From: Cyanobacteria bacterium P01_A01_bin.123
GTDB taxonomy: Bacteria > Cyanobacteriota > Cyanobacteriia > Phormidesmidales > Phormidesmidaceae
Direction: 5' to 3'
DNA: 64,000 bases
Assembly (NCBI GenBank): GCA_039815185.1
Contig: JBCBZT010000003.1
Coordinates: 186,010-250,009, forward strand
A program made the translations under genes and the position numbers. Position 1 is the first letter of the stretch; every line of letters begins with the position of its first letter. Below are positions 40,521-51,801 of the stretch, piece by piece. The notes under the pieces are model-generated. The model was not told the origin of the DNA. It made no database searches and saw only the letters and a program-made list of their open reading frames with translations.

Positions 40521-41615
40521 CTACCCATCGACAGTGACCCAAGCGCCTGTTTGGTGGGACTGGTGTGTCAAATCCATTAGCCGCTGAGACCTTACGCCTG
40601 ATTTAATGCTAGGAGCGGCTATCGTGCCATGATCAATGCAGTCAACCCAGTGATTCACCACGCGAATGAAGGGGGCTAGGCGGCCATCTTTGTAAGTCGT
40701 GGGAAAGGCTAACCGATCGGGAATGGCTAACGCTTCTAGGGGGGTTCCAGTTTTTGCTCCGTGCAGCTCAAAGCCGTGGATGTAGTCTTTTTGATTGGGA
40801 TTGCCCAAGATCAGCGTACCGCGATCGCCGTAAATTTCGACCCAGTGGCCCCGGCCACCATCGGTCACCGCACTGAGATTGACTTGACAAGGGGTACCGT
40901 CGGCTAGCTCGATCAAAATATTGCAGGTGTCATCAGAATCAACGGGCTTGAGTGCTCCGCTGGTCGGATCAGGGCGCTCCGAAATCGTGGTGCTAAGGCG
41001 GGCACAAAGGCGCGCCACCGGGCCAAACAACCAGTCAATGTAGTCAAAAGTATGGGATCCGATAGATCCCAGGGTGCCGCCGCCTTTGGATTTTTGGGCG
41101 TACCAACTCCAAGCTCGTTGGGGGTTGGCGCGGCTAGCCCCTAACCAATCAATATTGATCAGCCGCTTGCGGCCCACATAGTCTTCCGCCAGCAGTTCGG
41201 CTAGCCGCTGCCAGGCGGGAATAAAGCGAAACTCAAAATCCATCACGGCTATGCAGCCCTGGGCCTGGGCCAAATCTTGAATCTGTTCGGCCTCGGCCAC
41301 TGAGAGGGCGGTAGGTTTTTCCAGCAGCAAATGTTTGCCTGCTTGTAAAACCGTTTCAGCCATGGCAGCGTGCAAAAACGGCGGCGTGGCTAGGCTAACG
41401 CCATCAACCTCTGGCAGGAAAACAATATCTTCAACGCGATCGCAAGCATGAGGTATCTCATGGGTTGCTGCGATTGCCTTAGCCCTATCTAAATCCCGGT
41501 GATAAACCGCAACCACTTGGGTGCGGTGATGGGCTTGCAGTCCCGGAATATGAATTTTTTGGCCAAACCCGGTGCCAACAACGGCGATGCCAAGTTCAGA
41601 CTGAGAAGATGCCAT
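40521..41615 (-). CDS. Gfo/Idh/MocA family oxidoreductase
   Basis: VVGTGFG, ATPPFLH, HLLLEKP, FEFRF, GGGTLGSIGSH. Confidence 0.92.
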   Translation of the reverse strand: MASSQSELGIAVVGTGFGQKIHIPGLQAHHRTQVVAVYHRDLDRAKAIAATHEIPHACDRVEDIVFLPEVDGVSLATPPFLHAAMAETVLQAGKHLLLEKPTALSVAEAEQIQDLAQAQGCIAVMDFEFRFIPAWQRLAELLAEDYVGRKRLINIDWLGASRANPQRAWSWYAQKSKGGGTLGSIGSHTFDYIDWLFGPVARLCARLSTTISERPDPTSGALKPVDSDDTCNILIELADGTPCQVNLSAVTDGGRGHWVEIYGDRGTLILGNPNQKDYIHGFELHGAKTGTPLEALAIPDRLAFPTTYKDGRLAPFIRVVNHWVDCIDHGTIAAPSIKSGVRSQRLMDLTHQSHQTGAWVTVDG

Positions 41616-41943
41616 AGCACTGAGAGTGGGGTGATTGCGATTGAAGGGTATGTTCTATTGGGTCATGAGTTGGGAATGGATGCAAGGGGGGATGGGGAGA
41701 GCGGGGGATGGGGAGATAGGGGGAGCCGAATATTGGGTTTAGAAGAAGCAATTCTATTGAGGCTTCTAAACCTATGGCTGTTAAGGAATGATTGGATTAA
41801 CTGCCATCAACGGCTACAAACTTTAGGCTGAATTTAGGTTGTCTGGGAAATAGTACGCAGTTACCATAATTAAGACCGATTACGATACTCAAAGCGTTAG
41901 CACCTAAATGAGTTCTCTCTAGAGTTGCCCCATCTTGATCACC

Positions 41944-42435
41944 ATGAGTTCCTTAACCCGCCGTTTGTCGGTTTCAGAATTGCGCGATCGCATTTTGACG
42001 ATGGCGATCACTGGGGTTTATCGACAGTCTTTGTTTGAAGCTTTTCAGCCTGTGGCCACCCAGCAACAAATCCGCAGCGCGATTACTCAGGCCAAAGGAT
42101 TGGGGTTGAAATCGGTAGCAGCCCTGCGAGACTCAGAACTCGGCACCTATTATCAACTTGATAAAGCTCGCTATGAGATGCTTCAAAGTGTCTCTAAGGC
42201 AAGCTTTCATCCTTCAAAAGGGGATGATGGGGTTCAGCAGGCGATCGCCGCCAGTCAGGCTATCCAAACGATGTTGAGCTTGGCTGGGGGGATGACCCTA
42301 ATTTTGGCGATCGCGGCAGGGTACAACTGTCTGGCTGGCCATAGTACAGCCAGTTCAGTGACAGCAATGACGGCTCTATTCACAGGTGTGCTGTGGCGAC
42401 TTCAACATTGGGTTGCCCATCGTCACGCCCCCTAG
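41944..42435 (+). CDS. Hypothetical protein with two C-terminal TM helices
   Basis: 163 aa ORF; MAxTGVYRQS and D.ELGTYYQ blocks followed by hydrophobic segments. Confidence 0.65.
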   Translation: MSSLTRRLSVSELRDRILTMAITGVYRQSLFEAFQPVATQQQIRSAITQAKGLGLKSVAALRDSELGTYYQLDKARYEMLQSVSKASFHPSKGDDGVQQAIAASQAIQTMLSLAGGMTLILAIAAGYNCLAGHSTASSVTAMTALFTGVLWRLQHWVAHRHAP

Positions 42436-42459
42436 CGCTAACCAGTCAGATAGCGATTG

Positions 42460-45297
42460 TTAACGCCCATCTCTGCGCGAAAAAGGGCTGCTAGCCGGGC
42501 CATCGGTGTTGATGCGGTTGATGGGAGTGTTGCTGGCGATGGGTACTAACACCCGGCTGAGTAGTCGGTCATCATCTAGTTTGAACAGATTAAATTCTCC
42601 GCCCATTTGCTGCATCAGCGTCTGACAAATGGTGAAATGTAGCCCTGGCGGATCATCTAAAGTTGAGGGGGCTAATACATCTTCAGGACGTCCTTCATGC
42701 AGCTCTTCGATCAGCTGGATGTCTAAAGTGCCGCTATCAGTAATCGAAATTTCTACCCAGGTGCGATCGAGAGGACGACACCAGATATCGATGCGTCCGC
42801 CTGTGGGGGTACGATGACAGGCAGCCACCAGCAATTCATAGAGGACGAATTCAATTTTTTGAATATCGCCGCCGATGTTGAGATTGGCTTCGTTATGGAC
42901 TTTAGTCCAAAGCTGCTGCCGTTGAATCAGGCTATTGGCACGCTCCATTAATCGGTTTAGCAAGCTGACAATTGGCGTTGTTTCATACTCGGCATGGAGT
43001 CGCCATTCTTCGTGTTCGAGCAGGGGTGACAGGTTGGTCAACAAGTTGCTGAGTTGGCGTACCACCTGCTGATAGCGCTGACTTGAGAGGACATCTTTAC
43101 GAAAACTCAGCTCGTTAAGCCGTCGGATGTTGTTGTCTAAGATGCGGTGGAGTTCTGTAAACCGCTTTTGCTTATACCAGTTTAGGGTTTCAAGGGATTC
43201 TCGCTGGGTCAGCAGCATCTCCACTAGATTGAGGTGTCGTCTTGACCAAGCCAGTTGGTTAGCCATCAGAGTGAGTAAATTGAACTGATAGTCTGTCCAG
43301 CGGCGATCGCCCCGATCGATCGTGACTAACAATCCGTTGGGATAATGCTCTGGGGCCGTGCGTAAGATGATTGCCATGACCTTGCTATCGTTGGGGGCAA
43401 TCAGCCATTGACGGGCAGCATCGGGTAAATCATGCAGTTCAATGGACAGTAAGCCGTCTGTTTGCAGAGCCCAGTTGATCACCGCATCAGTGCTAAGCGG
43501 AATGGGGAAATTGGCTTTGAAGTCAAAATCGCGATCGCGCACCAGCGATACCGATATCTTGGCATGTTGATCGTCGGCTTTCCAGGTCACTAACCCAACT
43601 GCAGGTAGCCGCAGCAACTTTGCCAGATGTTCTAGGGTAATCTGCTCTAGCTGGTCGAGTTGGAAGGTGGATTGCAGGTTGTGTAGGCCCCACTGCATGG
43701 TTTCGTAGAGCTGGGCTTGCTGATTAGTTTGGCGCTGCAACTGCCACTGGTGCAAAATTAACCCCACCTGTTGGCTGACCACACGCAACAGAGAGCTTTC
43801 GAGCTGACTCCAACGACGACTGCGCTTATCGGCCAGCACCAATACCCCTTCGGGAGCATGGCCAATGGAAACGTTGCATACCAACAGCGATCGTACGCCC
43901 ATCTCTGACAAGACAGGGTGCCAGTTCATCAATTTCAAATCATCTTGGATATCTTCGATGGCGATGGGTTCCTGGCTGCGCTCTAACATTTGCCAATCCA
44001 CGTCGCTTAACGACAGCCAAGTCTGGCGAGTTTTGCGGGCGTTGGTGGGGCGGCTTTGATAGCACAGTTCAAATCCCCCTTCTTCCAAGTTGTAGAGCAA
44101 GACAAACAGTTGATCGGCATCTAGCTGTTGGCACAGTTCCTGAGAGCATAGATCTAGCGTCTTGCGCCAGTCTTCATCGCCGTGGATACTGCGGGAAATG
44201 GCCGCAGTCAGCATTTGATCAGCTTTGACTGTTTGGACAATGGCTTCCGTTTCAGAGGTCGGCATTGATAACCCAATCATCTGGGCAGCCCCTTGTAAAT
44301 AGGCTTTTTCGGGTTCTGCCCAGATGCGAGCCTCACTGCCTTGGACAGACAAAAAACCTAATAGTTCGCCCTGGTGAAAGATCGGGGCTGCCATGAGCGA
44401 TCGTGCCCGCACCACATCCATCAGTCGTCCGGTAAGGCTAGCTGCCAGAGAACTTTGGGCCTCGCCAATGACCACCAGTTGCCCCCCGCTTAAGGACTGG
44501 TAAAACCCTTTGACATCGCTTGCGACAATGGGTTCCGATGGATTGACAGTAGATTGCTTACTCTCTCGACTGCCATAGCGATTGCCCAAACGATGCCAAA
44601 AATATCGATCTTGGGGATTAAACCAGTAGATGTTGGTTCGATCGGGGGCAACAAATCTTTGCGTTTCTTCGACCACGGCCAGTAAGCGTGCGTCTAGGGT
44701 GGTCAAATTTCCCAGCTGTCCCAACAGCTTGAACAGCGGTTGTTCGGGGCGTTTGGCTGTTTGACGCTGGTGTTCCTGTTCTCGATCTTGCAGCGCCTCG
44801 GCCAAAGCCCCTAAAACCAGAGATAGGGTCGCTCGTTCTGCAGAACTGGGAGAAACTCCCCAGCGATCAGACCCTAAAACCATTACCCCAAAGCAGAGGT
44901 CACGCCGTCGAATGGGGAAAATTAGCGTTCCTTGAATATCCAAGGTTTCTGCCAGCTTGCTCCACTCTCCGGCACGGCTTTCGGCTCGTAAATCTGGTAC
45001 GGCCAAAGGGCGCTGCTGAATCACCACCTGTTCCATCAAATCCCCAGGCAAAAGGGGGATGGTCTGCCGTAGGCGGCGCAAATCTTGCTCGCAGCGATAC
45101 CCTTTGCCTTGCAGGCGATGATTAATCCGATCGTAAAATCCGATCCAAAGCAGGGGATACGAATACTCGTCGTTAACAAAGTCAAGGGTCTCCGCAACCA
45201 ATTCGTCCAACGCCTCTGTTTCCCGCAGCGTTTGGAGAATTCGCCCGATTGCCACCATCCTTTTTTCATGGGGGGTTGGTGTCTTCGGCTGACCCAT
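42460..45297 (-). CDS. Multi-GAF sensor with degenerate histidine-kinase/HATPase C-terminus
   Basis: Four GAF-like units each ending ..R.W...E...L...A..(L/I)G-like; HATPase-like tail (GDIQKIEFVL, ISITDSG, QQMGG); AGGAG RBS before ATG 45297. Confidence 0.85.
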   Translation of the reverse strand: MGQPKTPTPHEKRMVAIGRILQTLRETEALDELVAETLDFVNDEYSYPLLWIGFYDRINHRLQGKGYRCEQDLRRLRQTIPLLPGDLMEQVVIQQRPLAVPDLRAESRAGEWSKLAETLDIQGTLIFPIRRRDLCFGVMVLGSDRWGVSPSSAERATLSLVLGALAEALQDREQEHQRQTAKRPEQPLFKLLGQLGNLTTLDARLLAVVEETQRFVAPDRTNIYWFNPQDRYFWHRLGNRYGSRESKQSTVNPSEPIVASDVKGFYQSLSGGQLVVIGEAQSSLAASLTGRLMDVVRARSLMAAPIFHQGELLGFLSVQGSEARIWAEPEKAYLQGAAQMIGLSMPTSETEAIVQTVKADQMLTAAISRSIHGDEDWRKTLDLCSQELCQQLDADQLFVLLYNLEEGGFELCYQSRPTNARKTRQTWLSLSDVDWQMLERSQEPIAIEDIQDDLKLMNWHPVLSEMGVRSLLVCNVSIGHAPEGVLVLADKRSRRWSQLESSLLRVVSQQVGLILHQWQLQRQTNQQAQLYETMQWGLHNLQSTFQLDQLEQITLEHLAKLLRLPAVGLVTWKADDQHAKISVSLVRDRDFDFKANFPIPLSTDAVINWALQTDGLLSIELHDLPDAARQWLIAPNDSKVMAIILRTAPEHYPNGLLVTIDRGDRRWTDYQFNLLTLMANQLAWSRRHLNLVEMLLTQRESLETLNWYKQKRFTELHRILDNNIRRLNELSFRKDVLSSQRYQQVVRQLSNLLTNLSPLLEHEEWRLHAEYETTPIVSLLNRLMERANSLIQRQQLWTKVHNEANLNIGGDIQKIEFVLYELLVAACHRTPTGGRIDIWCRPLDRTWVEISITDSGTLDIQLIEELHEGRPEDVLAPSTLDDPPGLHFTICQTLMQQMGGEFNLFKLDDDRLLSRVLVPIASNTPINRINTDGPASSPFSRRDGR

Positions 45298-45418
45298 ACC
45301 ACGCAGACTCCTTACCTGCAAAGCAAATAACCTATGACGCCCATATAACACCTTGGCCAGTGACCAGATTATTCATCTCCTATGAGCGGCGTCTTGAGAT
45401 ATTTAAAGAATCGAAAAG

Positions 45419-45493
45419 TAAACTTCGTCCACACCCAAATTTATGATTTTTCCTTAAGCTAAGCACTCAAGTTTTCAAATTGGATGGGGTTTA
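45419..45493 (-). repeat. MITE-like repeat copy (reverse)
   Basis: ACTCAAGTTTTCAAATTGGATGGGGTTTA on the + strand. Confidence 0.75.
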
Positions 45494-45688
45494 TCACTGA
45501 CTCATGTTTTGCCTACTGTAATGCACCTGCTCCCCGTGGTAACTTTTTTTAGGCTGATTTGCCTATGTATTCCTTAACGTTTCATTCTGGGCGACAGCTC
45601 AGCAATGCCTCGAAAGCTAGGTTGCATCAAGGTGATTAGACAATATGGCGTAAGAACTTATCCACATTTTGCCCAAATTGACCATAAT

Positions 45689-45764
45689 TAAACCTTATCC
45701 AAATCCGGATCTACCAGTTTCCCTTAAAATCAAAAACTCAAGTTTGCCAATTGGATGGGGGTTA
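45689..45764 (-). repeat. MITE-like repeat copy (reverse)
   Basis: ACTCAAGTTTGCCAATTGGATGGGGGTTA on the + strand. Confidence 0.7.
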
Positions 45765-45795
45765 ACCCAGGGTCAGTAACCCCAATTAAGCTCCC

Positions 45796-47001
45796 ATGGA
45801 GGTGAGTGCAGTGGTGTTGGATCTCTATAAAACCTGCCTTCGACCCTTGATGTTCTCGACCCTCAAGGCTGATCCGGAATGGCTGCATCAGCAAACTATC
45901 AAAAGTTTGGCTTGGTTTGCTCAGCCATTGTTACATCCTCCTGTGCCAACTGCCGCAGGCATAACCGCCCCTTACCAGCGCTGGCTGGGCCAAACCTGGA
46001 CTTATCAGGATCCGAGGCTTAACCAACAGCTATGGTCTCTAGCCTTTCCAAACCCAGTAGGCATCGCTGCAGGATTTGATAAAGACGGCATCGCAGCTCG
46101 GGCTTGGCCTTTGATGGGGTTTGGCTTAGCCGAATTGGGTACGGTGACCTGGCATGGGCAACCGGGTAATTCTCGACCCCGCCTGTTTCGATTGCCTGAT
46201 GATCAGGCTGCACTCAATCGTATGGGGTTTAACAATAATGGAGCAGCTGCTTTGGCAAGTCAGTTACAGGTTTTGGGGCTCGATCACGATCGCCCGATTC
46301 CCCTCGGCATCAACCTCGGTAAATCAAAGGTGACGCCGCTGGATCAGGCTGCAGGGGATTATCTGGCTAGCTTTCGCTGCCTTAAGTCCTGGGGTGATTA
46401 TTTTGTGGTGAATGTATCGTCCCCCAACACACCTGGACTGCGATCGCTGCAAGCCAAAGACCAGTTAGATAAAATTCTCTCGACGCTACAACAAGATAAC
46501 CAGGGGGAAAAGCCGCTACTGGTGAAAATTGCCCCTGATTTAACCTGGGAGGCGATCGCAGAAATTATCGATTTAGCCCAAATCCATCGCCTCGCGGGCA
46601 TCATCGCTACCAATACCACTGTCCGCCGAGACCATCTCAAAACCCAGCATCTACCGGCCACGGGTCAGGCAATTACCGCAGAAGCGGGGGGCATTAGCGG
46701 TGCTCCCCTGCGCCAACGGGCGACCGAGGTGATTCGGTTTATTTGGCAGCAAACCCAGGGTCAATTGCCAATTGTTGGTGTCGGCGGCATTTTTACCGCT
46801 GGGGATGCCTGGGAGAAAATCACTGCCGGAGCCTGCTTGCTCCAAGTGTATACCGGTTGGGTCTATGAAGGTCCGTGGATGGTGCGTCGAATATTGCAGG
46901 GGCTCTGTGATCAGCTTGAGGCCCATCATTTAAACCACATTTCAGAAGCGGTTGGTTTAGCTCATCGGGATCTCTCTGATCAGCAAAAAGTAGTGCGATA
47001 G
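45796..47001 (+). CDS. pyrD: Dihydroorotate dehydrogenase (quinone)
   Basis: [59 protein letters not shown]. Confidence 0.96.
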   Translation: MEVSAVVLDLYKTCLRPLMFSTLKADPEWLHQQTIKSLAWFAQPLLHPPVPTAAGITAPYQRWLGQTWTYQDPRLNQQLWSLAFPNPVGIAAGFDKDGIAARAWPLMGFGLAELGTVTWHGQPGNSRPRLFRLPDDQAALNRMGFNNNGAAALASQLQVLGLDHDRPIPLGINLGKSKVTPLDQAAGDYLASFRCLKSWGDYFVVNVSSPNTPGLRSLQAKDQLDKILSTLQQDNQGEKPLLVKIAPDLTWEAIAEIIDLAQIHRLAGIIATNTTVRRDHLKTQHLPATGQAITAEAGGISGAPLRQRATEVIRFIWQQTQGQLPIVGVGGIFTAGDAWEKITAGACLLQVYTGWVYEGPWMVRRILQGLCDQLEAHHLNHISEAVGLAHRDLSDQQKVVR

Positions 47002-47059
47002 GAGCATTGCACTGTTACGCTGCTATCGAATACGCATACGCCTCCATCAAAACCCGCTG

Positions 47060-47500
47060 CTAGGGTAGACCATAGCTCGCGACCCGAATCAGCAGTTCTC
47101 CTGCTTGAGGGTTGTGGGTAAACACAAAGCTACCCCGTTTTTGCTCGTTACCCGATAGAAAATCGATTTGCTGTTCCCCTGTTTCGCTGGGTTCGTTTTC
47201 GATAGCCAGTTCTGCCGTGACTTGGACGGTGCGGGCAATACGACCGCCCGTATTTTTGATGATGAAGGGCACATAGTAGTGGCCATCTGTGACTCTTGCC
47301 GACTCGGTCACTGCGATCGCAAAGGCGGGGGGACGCGTCTGGTTGATCTGCCAGTCGTAAATAATTAACCCAATTAAGCCCAGCAAAATCGTCGTTGCTG
47401 CGAGCAGGGTAATCCATTCTGCCAGCGATCGCTGCCCATCTTCTAGCTCAGTTGGAATTGCCTGGGTTTGGACTTCAACGGGGGAATCAGAATCGTTCAT
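47060..47500 (-). CDS. TIGR02588-family protein
   Basis: SLAEWITL TM anchor, YVPF..KNTGG..A..VQV.AEL, GEQQIDFL, GSFVF; adjacent to a TIGR02587 gene. Confidence 0.85.
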   Translation of the reverse strand: MNDSDSPVEVQTQAIPTELEDGQRSLAEWITLLAATTILLGLIGLIIYDWQINQTRPPAFAIAVTESARVTDGHYYVPFIIKNTGGRIARTVQVTAELAIENEPSETGEQQIDFLSGNEQKRGSFVFTHNPQAGELLIRVASYGLP

Positions 47501-47502
47501 AT

Positions 47503-47592
47503 TTAATCTCGTCCACATTCAAAGTCATCGCCTTTTTGGGTCGGTTGCCAGCCTTATGCCCCGACAAACGTTTTCAAATCGGATGGGGGTTA
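47503..47592 (-). repeat. MITE-like repeat copy (reverse) filling the TIGR02587-TIGR02588 gap
   Basis: GTTTTCAAATCGGATGGGGGTTA on the + strand; its end coincides with the TAA stop at 47590-47592. Confidence 0.65.
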
Positions 47593-48447
47593 AATTAACA
47601 ATCGTCCAGCGGCACCGCCAATGGCTGCTGGAAACCCTAGCACAATCGTATCGCTTAACCATTCCTGCCAGGGATCTTGGGGGCTAAGCTGCTGAAAAAA
47701 TACCAGCATGATCACTGATGCTGCCAAAGCCACTAGGTAAGCTGCTAAGGTTTCGGTGACTGGACTGAGTAACCGTCCCTGCTGACGCCGCAGGGCACGA
47801 TCGCTAAAGCCAGAGGCAAACACAATGGCGTAGGACACTAGCAGAGATGCTGCCATAATCAGCAGCAGCCACAGGGCAGGAATTGCTGCTGCTAGCAGCG
47901 GAATTTCTTCAGTGGGGGCGATGCTAAAGGCGGTAATGACTGCCCCTAACAAAGTGGCGTCAAAATCGGCTAAGGCGTCACGGAGGGTTGCCAGGGTAGG
48001 AGAATCCAGTCGTTCGGGGCGCGGGATGATCCGACGGGTTGGCGTGGCGCTGCGATCGCGGCTTAACGTCGAACGGGCTAGGGCCACCCCCAAGGCAAAG
48101 GGCACTGCTTCAAAAGTCAGCTTGCCCAAGGTTTCTGACAGCGGCGTTTCCAGGGTAATACGCTGCAACAAAACCAGGGCAATCGCAGCACAAACGATCC
48201 CCAATCCTAGCGCTTCAATGCTCTCCAACACTGCATCTAAGGGATTCAGGGTCAACGTCCGGCGAAACCCTTGGGTCTGGGTCAACACCAGCACCACGCC
48301 AAAGGTGGCCGCCAATACCGTCAGTAGCAGCGATGACTGAGCCAATGAGCCAATCGACCACAGTTCAACCGTATACAGCAGCGGAATACCAAACAAAAAA
48401 CCGCCAGATGCCCCCCGCAGTAAGTCCCGCAGTTCAGCAAACCACAT
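47590..48447 (-). CDS. TIGR02587-family integral membrane protein
   Basis: RGASGGFLFGIPLLYT.E.W, IAPTEE, VLGFPAAIGGAAGRL. Confidence 0.88.
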   Translation of the reverse strand: MWFAELRDLLRGASGGFLFGIPLLYTVELWSIGSLAQSSLLLTVLAATFGVVLVLTQTQGFRRTLTLNPLDAVLESIEALGLGIVCAAIALVLLQRITLETPLSETLGKLTFEAVPFALGVALARSTLSRDRSATPTRRIIPRPERLDSPTLATLRDALADFDATLLGAVITAFSIAPTEEIPLLAAAIPALWLLLIMAASLLVSYAIVFASGFSDRALRRQQGRLLSPVTETLAAYLVALAASVIMLVFFQQLSPQDPWQEWLSDTIVLGFPAAIGGAAGRLLI

Positions 48448-48455
48448 ATTTGAGC

Positions 48456-49892
48456 TTAAGATGACTGCACAACTGCCCGCTTGAAGGCTTCATCGAGTAC
48501 TTCAGACAGGGTGGGATGGGTATGCACCATAAAGGATAAATCTTCGACAGATAACTTTTGGGCAATGGCGTTGGCGGCTTCTTGAATCAAATCTGAGGCG
48601 TGCAGGCCGATAATGTGGGCACCCAAAATTTCACCCGTGTCTTTTCGATAAATCACCTTAGCTAACCCATCCACTTCGCCTTCGGCCAAAGCCTTCGAGT
48701 TGCCCTTGAAGTAGGTGCGAACCGTGCCAATGGCAAAGCCTGCTTGATCGGCAAATTCCTGTGCTGCCGGTTCGGTCAGCCCCACAAAGCTCACTTCGGG
48801 GTGGGTAAATGCCGCCGCTGGAATGCTGCGATAGTTGATGGTGCGCGATCGCCCACAAATATTTTCCACCGCTACAACCCCTTGGGCTGAGGCTGCGTGG
48901 GCCAGCATCATCTTGCCCATGCCGTCACCAATTGCCCAGAGGTGGGGCACGGGTTCCCCATCGCGCAGCACCGCTAGGAAATCATCAGTGGGAACAAAAC
49001 CTCGACGATTCGTTTCAATACCCACAGTTTCAAGCCCTAGGTTTTTGGTTGCAGGGATACGCCCCGTCGCTACGAGACAGGCATCTACTTCCAAAACCTC
49101 TTTGACTTCCTTCGTCTGCATGTCAGCCAGTTCAATCACGACAGGGTTACCCGGTGTGACGGTTTTGGCAATCAGCCCGACCCGCGTATCAATGTCGCGG
49201 GGCTGAATCAAGACCCGCTGGGCAATTTTGGCAATGTCTGGGTCAAAAGTTGGCATCAGCCGATCGAGAGCTTCAATAATCGTGACTTCACACCCCAAAG
49301 CTGTATACACATCAGAAAACTCTAGGCCGATGTAGCCACTGCCAATAATGGCAATCCAGTCTGGCAGCCAGTCAAGCTTGATCGCTTCGTCACTCGTAAA
49401 CACGGTTTTGCCGTCAGTTTCAATACCAGGGGGCACAAAGGGAATCGACCCTGGTGCCAGAATAATGTCGCGGGCCGTTAAAGCTTGGTCGCCTGCTTCG
49501 CTACTGACGACGACTTTTTGTTCCCCTGCCAGCTTGCCCCAACCGCGAATCACCTCCACTTTTAGACGGGTCAAGCTATTGGTCAGATCGCCCTGAATTT
49601 TATTGACCAGGGTTTTGGCATGATCTGCGATCGCTTGCCGTTCAAAGGACACCCCACCCACGTGAATTCCCAGAGCATCTAGGTGATGGCTATCTTGCAG
49701 TTCACGCACGCGTCCAGATGCTGCTAACAATGCCTTAGACGGAATACAACCCCGATTGACGCAGGTTCCACCCATGTCGCCTGCTTCAATAATGGCGGTC
49801 TTTAAGCCGCACTTGACAGCGTGAAGTGCAGCCCCATGCCCCCCGACGCCAGCACCAATAATGATTAAATCGTAATCAAACGTTTGACTCAC
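48456..49892 (-). CDS. lpdA: Dihydrolipoamide dehydrogenase
   Basis: [46 protein letters not shown] start with AGGAG RBS. Confidence 0.96.
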   Translation of the reverse strand: MSQTFDYDLIIIGAGVGGHGAALHAVKCGLKTAIIEAGDMGGTCVNRGCIPSKALLAASGRVRELQDSHHLDALGIHVGGVSFERQAIADHAKTLVNKIQGDLTNSLTRLKVEVIRGWGKLAGEQKVVVSSEAGDQALTARDIILAPGSIPFVPPGIETDGKTVFTSDEAIKLDWLPDWIAIIGSGYIGLEFSDVYTALGCEVTIIEALDRLMPTFDPDIAKIAQRVLIQPRDIDTRVGLIAKTVTPGNPVVIELADMQTKEVKEVLEVDACLVATGRIPATKNLGLETVGIETNRRGFVPTDDFLAVLRDGEPVPHLWAIGDGMGKMMLAHAASAQGVVAVENICGRSRTINYRSIPAAAFTHPEVSFVGLTEPAAQEFADQAGFAIGTVRTYFKGNSKALAEGEVDGLAKVIYRKDTGEILGAHIIGLHASDLIQEAANAIAQKLSVEDLSFMVHTHPTLSEVLDEAFKRAVVQSS

Positions 49893-50366
49893 TTGACTCT
49901 CCTGAAGCAAAGCTAGTTCTCGACATGACCGTGGGCATCCTAACAAGAGTTAGGGCAGGCTATCCTCCATTGTCACCAGTGCATGCGCATAAGACAACAT
50001 CCCGCGAAGCGGAGCTAGTGATTGATCTAAGACCGTTGGCTCTAGGCAGTCATCCGCTAACCCAGTTCCGGCAAAGTCCCCAAGCCCTTATAAGCCCCAT
50101 GTTAAGCCTTCAGGGTAACGTTTAGTTACAGTTCACGTTGGATACAGGTATTGTATAGGTTGAGTAGATCTAGCCAAATCAAGGCCTTTAAATCCCAAGC
50201 TGGCTCTAGCCCCTTCAGCACGAAACTGGTATTAGCCCCTGCCCCAGATTCAAATCACCTAGATCAAGTTACTCAGATTGAAGTGATTGAGGTTTACCTT
50301 ATCCAGTCCTAGGGTGGTTGTTATCGCCGCTAACCGCCCTCTGTTGTTTCAGGCACTAGAACTCTA

Positions 50367-50567
50367 ATGAAGCATACTGATCAAAAACAGGTTCGTCGGG
50401 CAGCTGCAGAGGAGTTTGAGCAGTCTTTAGGAGAGCTAGAGGCTGTCTTCGACACTGATGCTCCGTTCCATGACACTGCAGAACCGGAGCCGAGCAACCC
50501 CCTAGATGCAGCTCGTCGTCTCCCCCCTGATGCGAGTCGAGATTCCGCATCGAATGGAAAACCTTAG
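50367..50567 (+). CDS. Small hypothetical protein
   Basis: 66 aa ATG-initiated ORF with helical N-terminus (RRAAAEEFEQSL..LE). Confidence 0.45.
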   Translation: MKHTDQKQVRRAAAEEFEQSLGELEAVFDTDAPFHDTAEPEPSNPLDAARRLPPDASRDSASNGKP

Positions 50568-50620
50568 ATCTAAAAAGTAGATTTTTCAAACTGTTGGCGT
50601 CAAGCAGGGCAACCCAAGCT

Positions 50621-51451
50621 TCACCTCAAGGTTGCCGAAACTTCAGCTGACTGAAATCCGCGTTGCCGTTGGGCTTCGTATAAAATCAACGCCGCTGCGA
50701 TCGAGACATTGAGCGATTCCACCGCCGCCGCCATCGGAATTTTTACCCGATGGGTAGCTAGCGTCGTCAGTTCAGGCGATAACCCTGCCCCTTCATTACC
50801 TAGGAGAATTACCGTGGGCGATCGCAGGTCGAGTTGCCAATAACTTAGGCTTGCCGCCGACGTTGTCGCCACCAGCTGAATTCCCGCTTGTTGCCACTGG
50901 TACCCTTGCTCAACCAAATTAGGACAAACCTGCATCGGTAACTGAAACCACTGCCCTGCTGATGCTCGCAGCACTTTAGGATGCTCCAAATCGACGCTGT
51001 CTTGGCTAATCCACAAGCCATCTGCCGCCGCCGCCGCCGCTGTGCGAATCAGCGTACCTAAATTTCCTGGATCTTGGAGCGTTTCAACGGCTAGCCCTAA
51101 ACTGGGTCTGCGGCTGGTTTGGAGGATAGAGTGATCTAGCATGCTATCTCGATGAACCCCAGTGGCGACCACCCCATCTGGATTGACCGTGGTTGCCATC
51201 GACTGAAGTACCGCTGGGGTCACGAGCACCATCTCTGCCTTCGAGTGAGACAAGCTTTGCCACAGCTCTACATGCTCTGCCTGCCATTGCACCGTGGCAC
51301 AAACCGTTTGCAATGGGTAACCTACGCGACAAGCTGCTTCGACTTGGTGGGTGCCCTCAATTATAAAAAGCTGCTGGGCGCGTCGTCCCTTCCTTTGAGC
51401 GAGCTTCCGGACGTCCTTGACTAACGGATTTTGCAAACTGCTCAGCACCAT
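50621..51451 (-). CDS. TrmH/SpoU family RNA methyltransferase
   Basis: SSLQNPLVK, QDPGNLGTLIRTA, LGNEGAGLS, IPM...VESLNVS. Confidence 0.93.
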   Translation of the reverse strand: MVLSSLQNPLVKDVRKLAQRKGRRAQQLFIIEGTHQVEAACRVGYPLQTVCATVQWQAEHVELWQSLSHSKAEMVLVTPAVLQSMATTVNPDGVVATGVHRDSMLDHSILQTSRRPSLGLAVETLQDPGNLGTLIRTAAAAAADGLWISQDSVDLEHPKVLRASAGQWFQLPMQVCPNLVEQGYQWQQAGIQLVATTSAASLSYWQLDLRSPTVILLGNEGAGLSPELTTLATHRVKIPMAAAVESLNVSIAAALILYEAQRQRGFQSAEVSATLR

Positions 51452-51487
51452 ATCCTAATCCGAGTGGTCAACATGGGGTAACCAACC

Positions 51488-51562
51488 TAAACCCCATCCG
51501 ATTTGAAAACTTGCGTTTTTATCTTAGGGAAAAACCATCGATCTGGATGTGGGCGAGATTTA
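51488..51562 (+). repeat. MITE-like repeat copy
   Basis: TAAACCCCATCCGATTTGAAAACTTGCG...GGGAAAAACCATCGATCTGGATGTGG...TTTA. Confidence 0.8.
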
Positions 51563-51801
51563 AATAGCCAACCTAACTGGAGAGAACAATCGAGTCATCA
51601 CTCAGCAAAATCACCTAAAGTCATCTCTTTCAACCAAAATTAATCAAATTTATACATTTGAAAATTATCTTGAAACCAGCCTCATTCATAAGAATGTTTG
51701 AGACTTCGGTTGAACCCCTTGTCGGGAGGCAGTTTTCTTCAAAAGAAGCAGCCCTTGCTGATCGAGGTAATCTCATAATCAGCCAAAGTATGTCTTAACG
51801 A

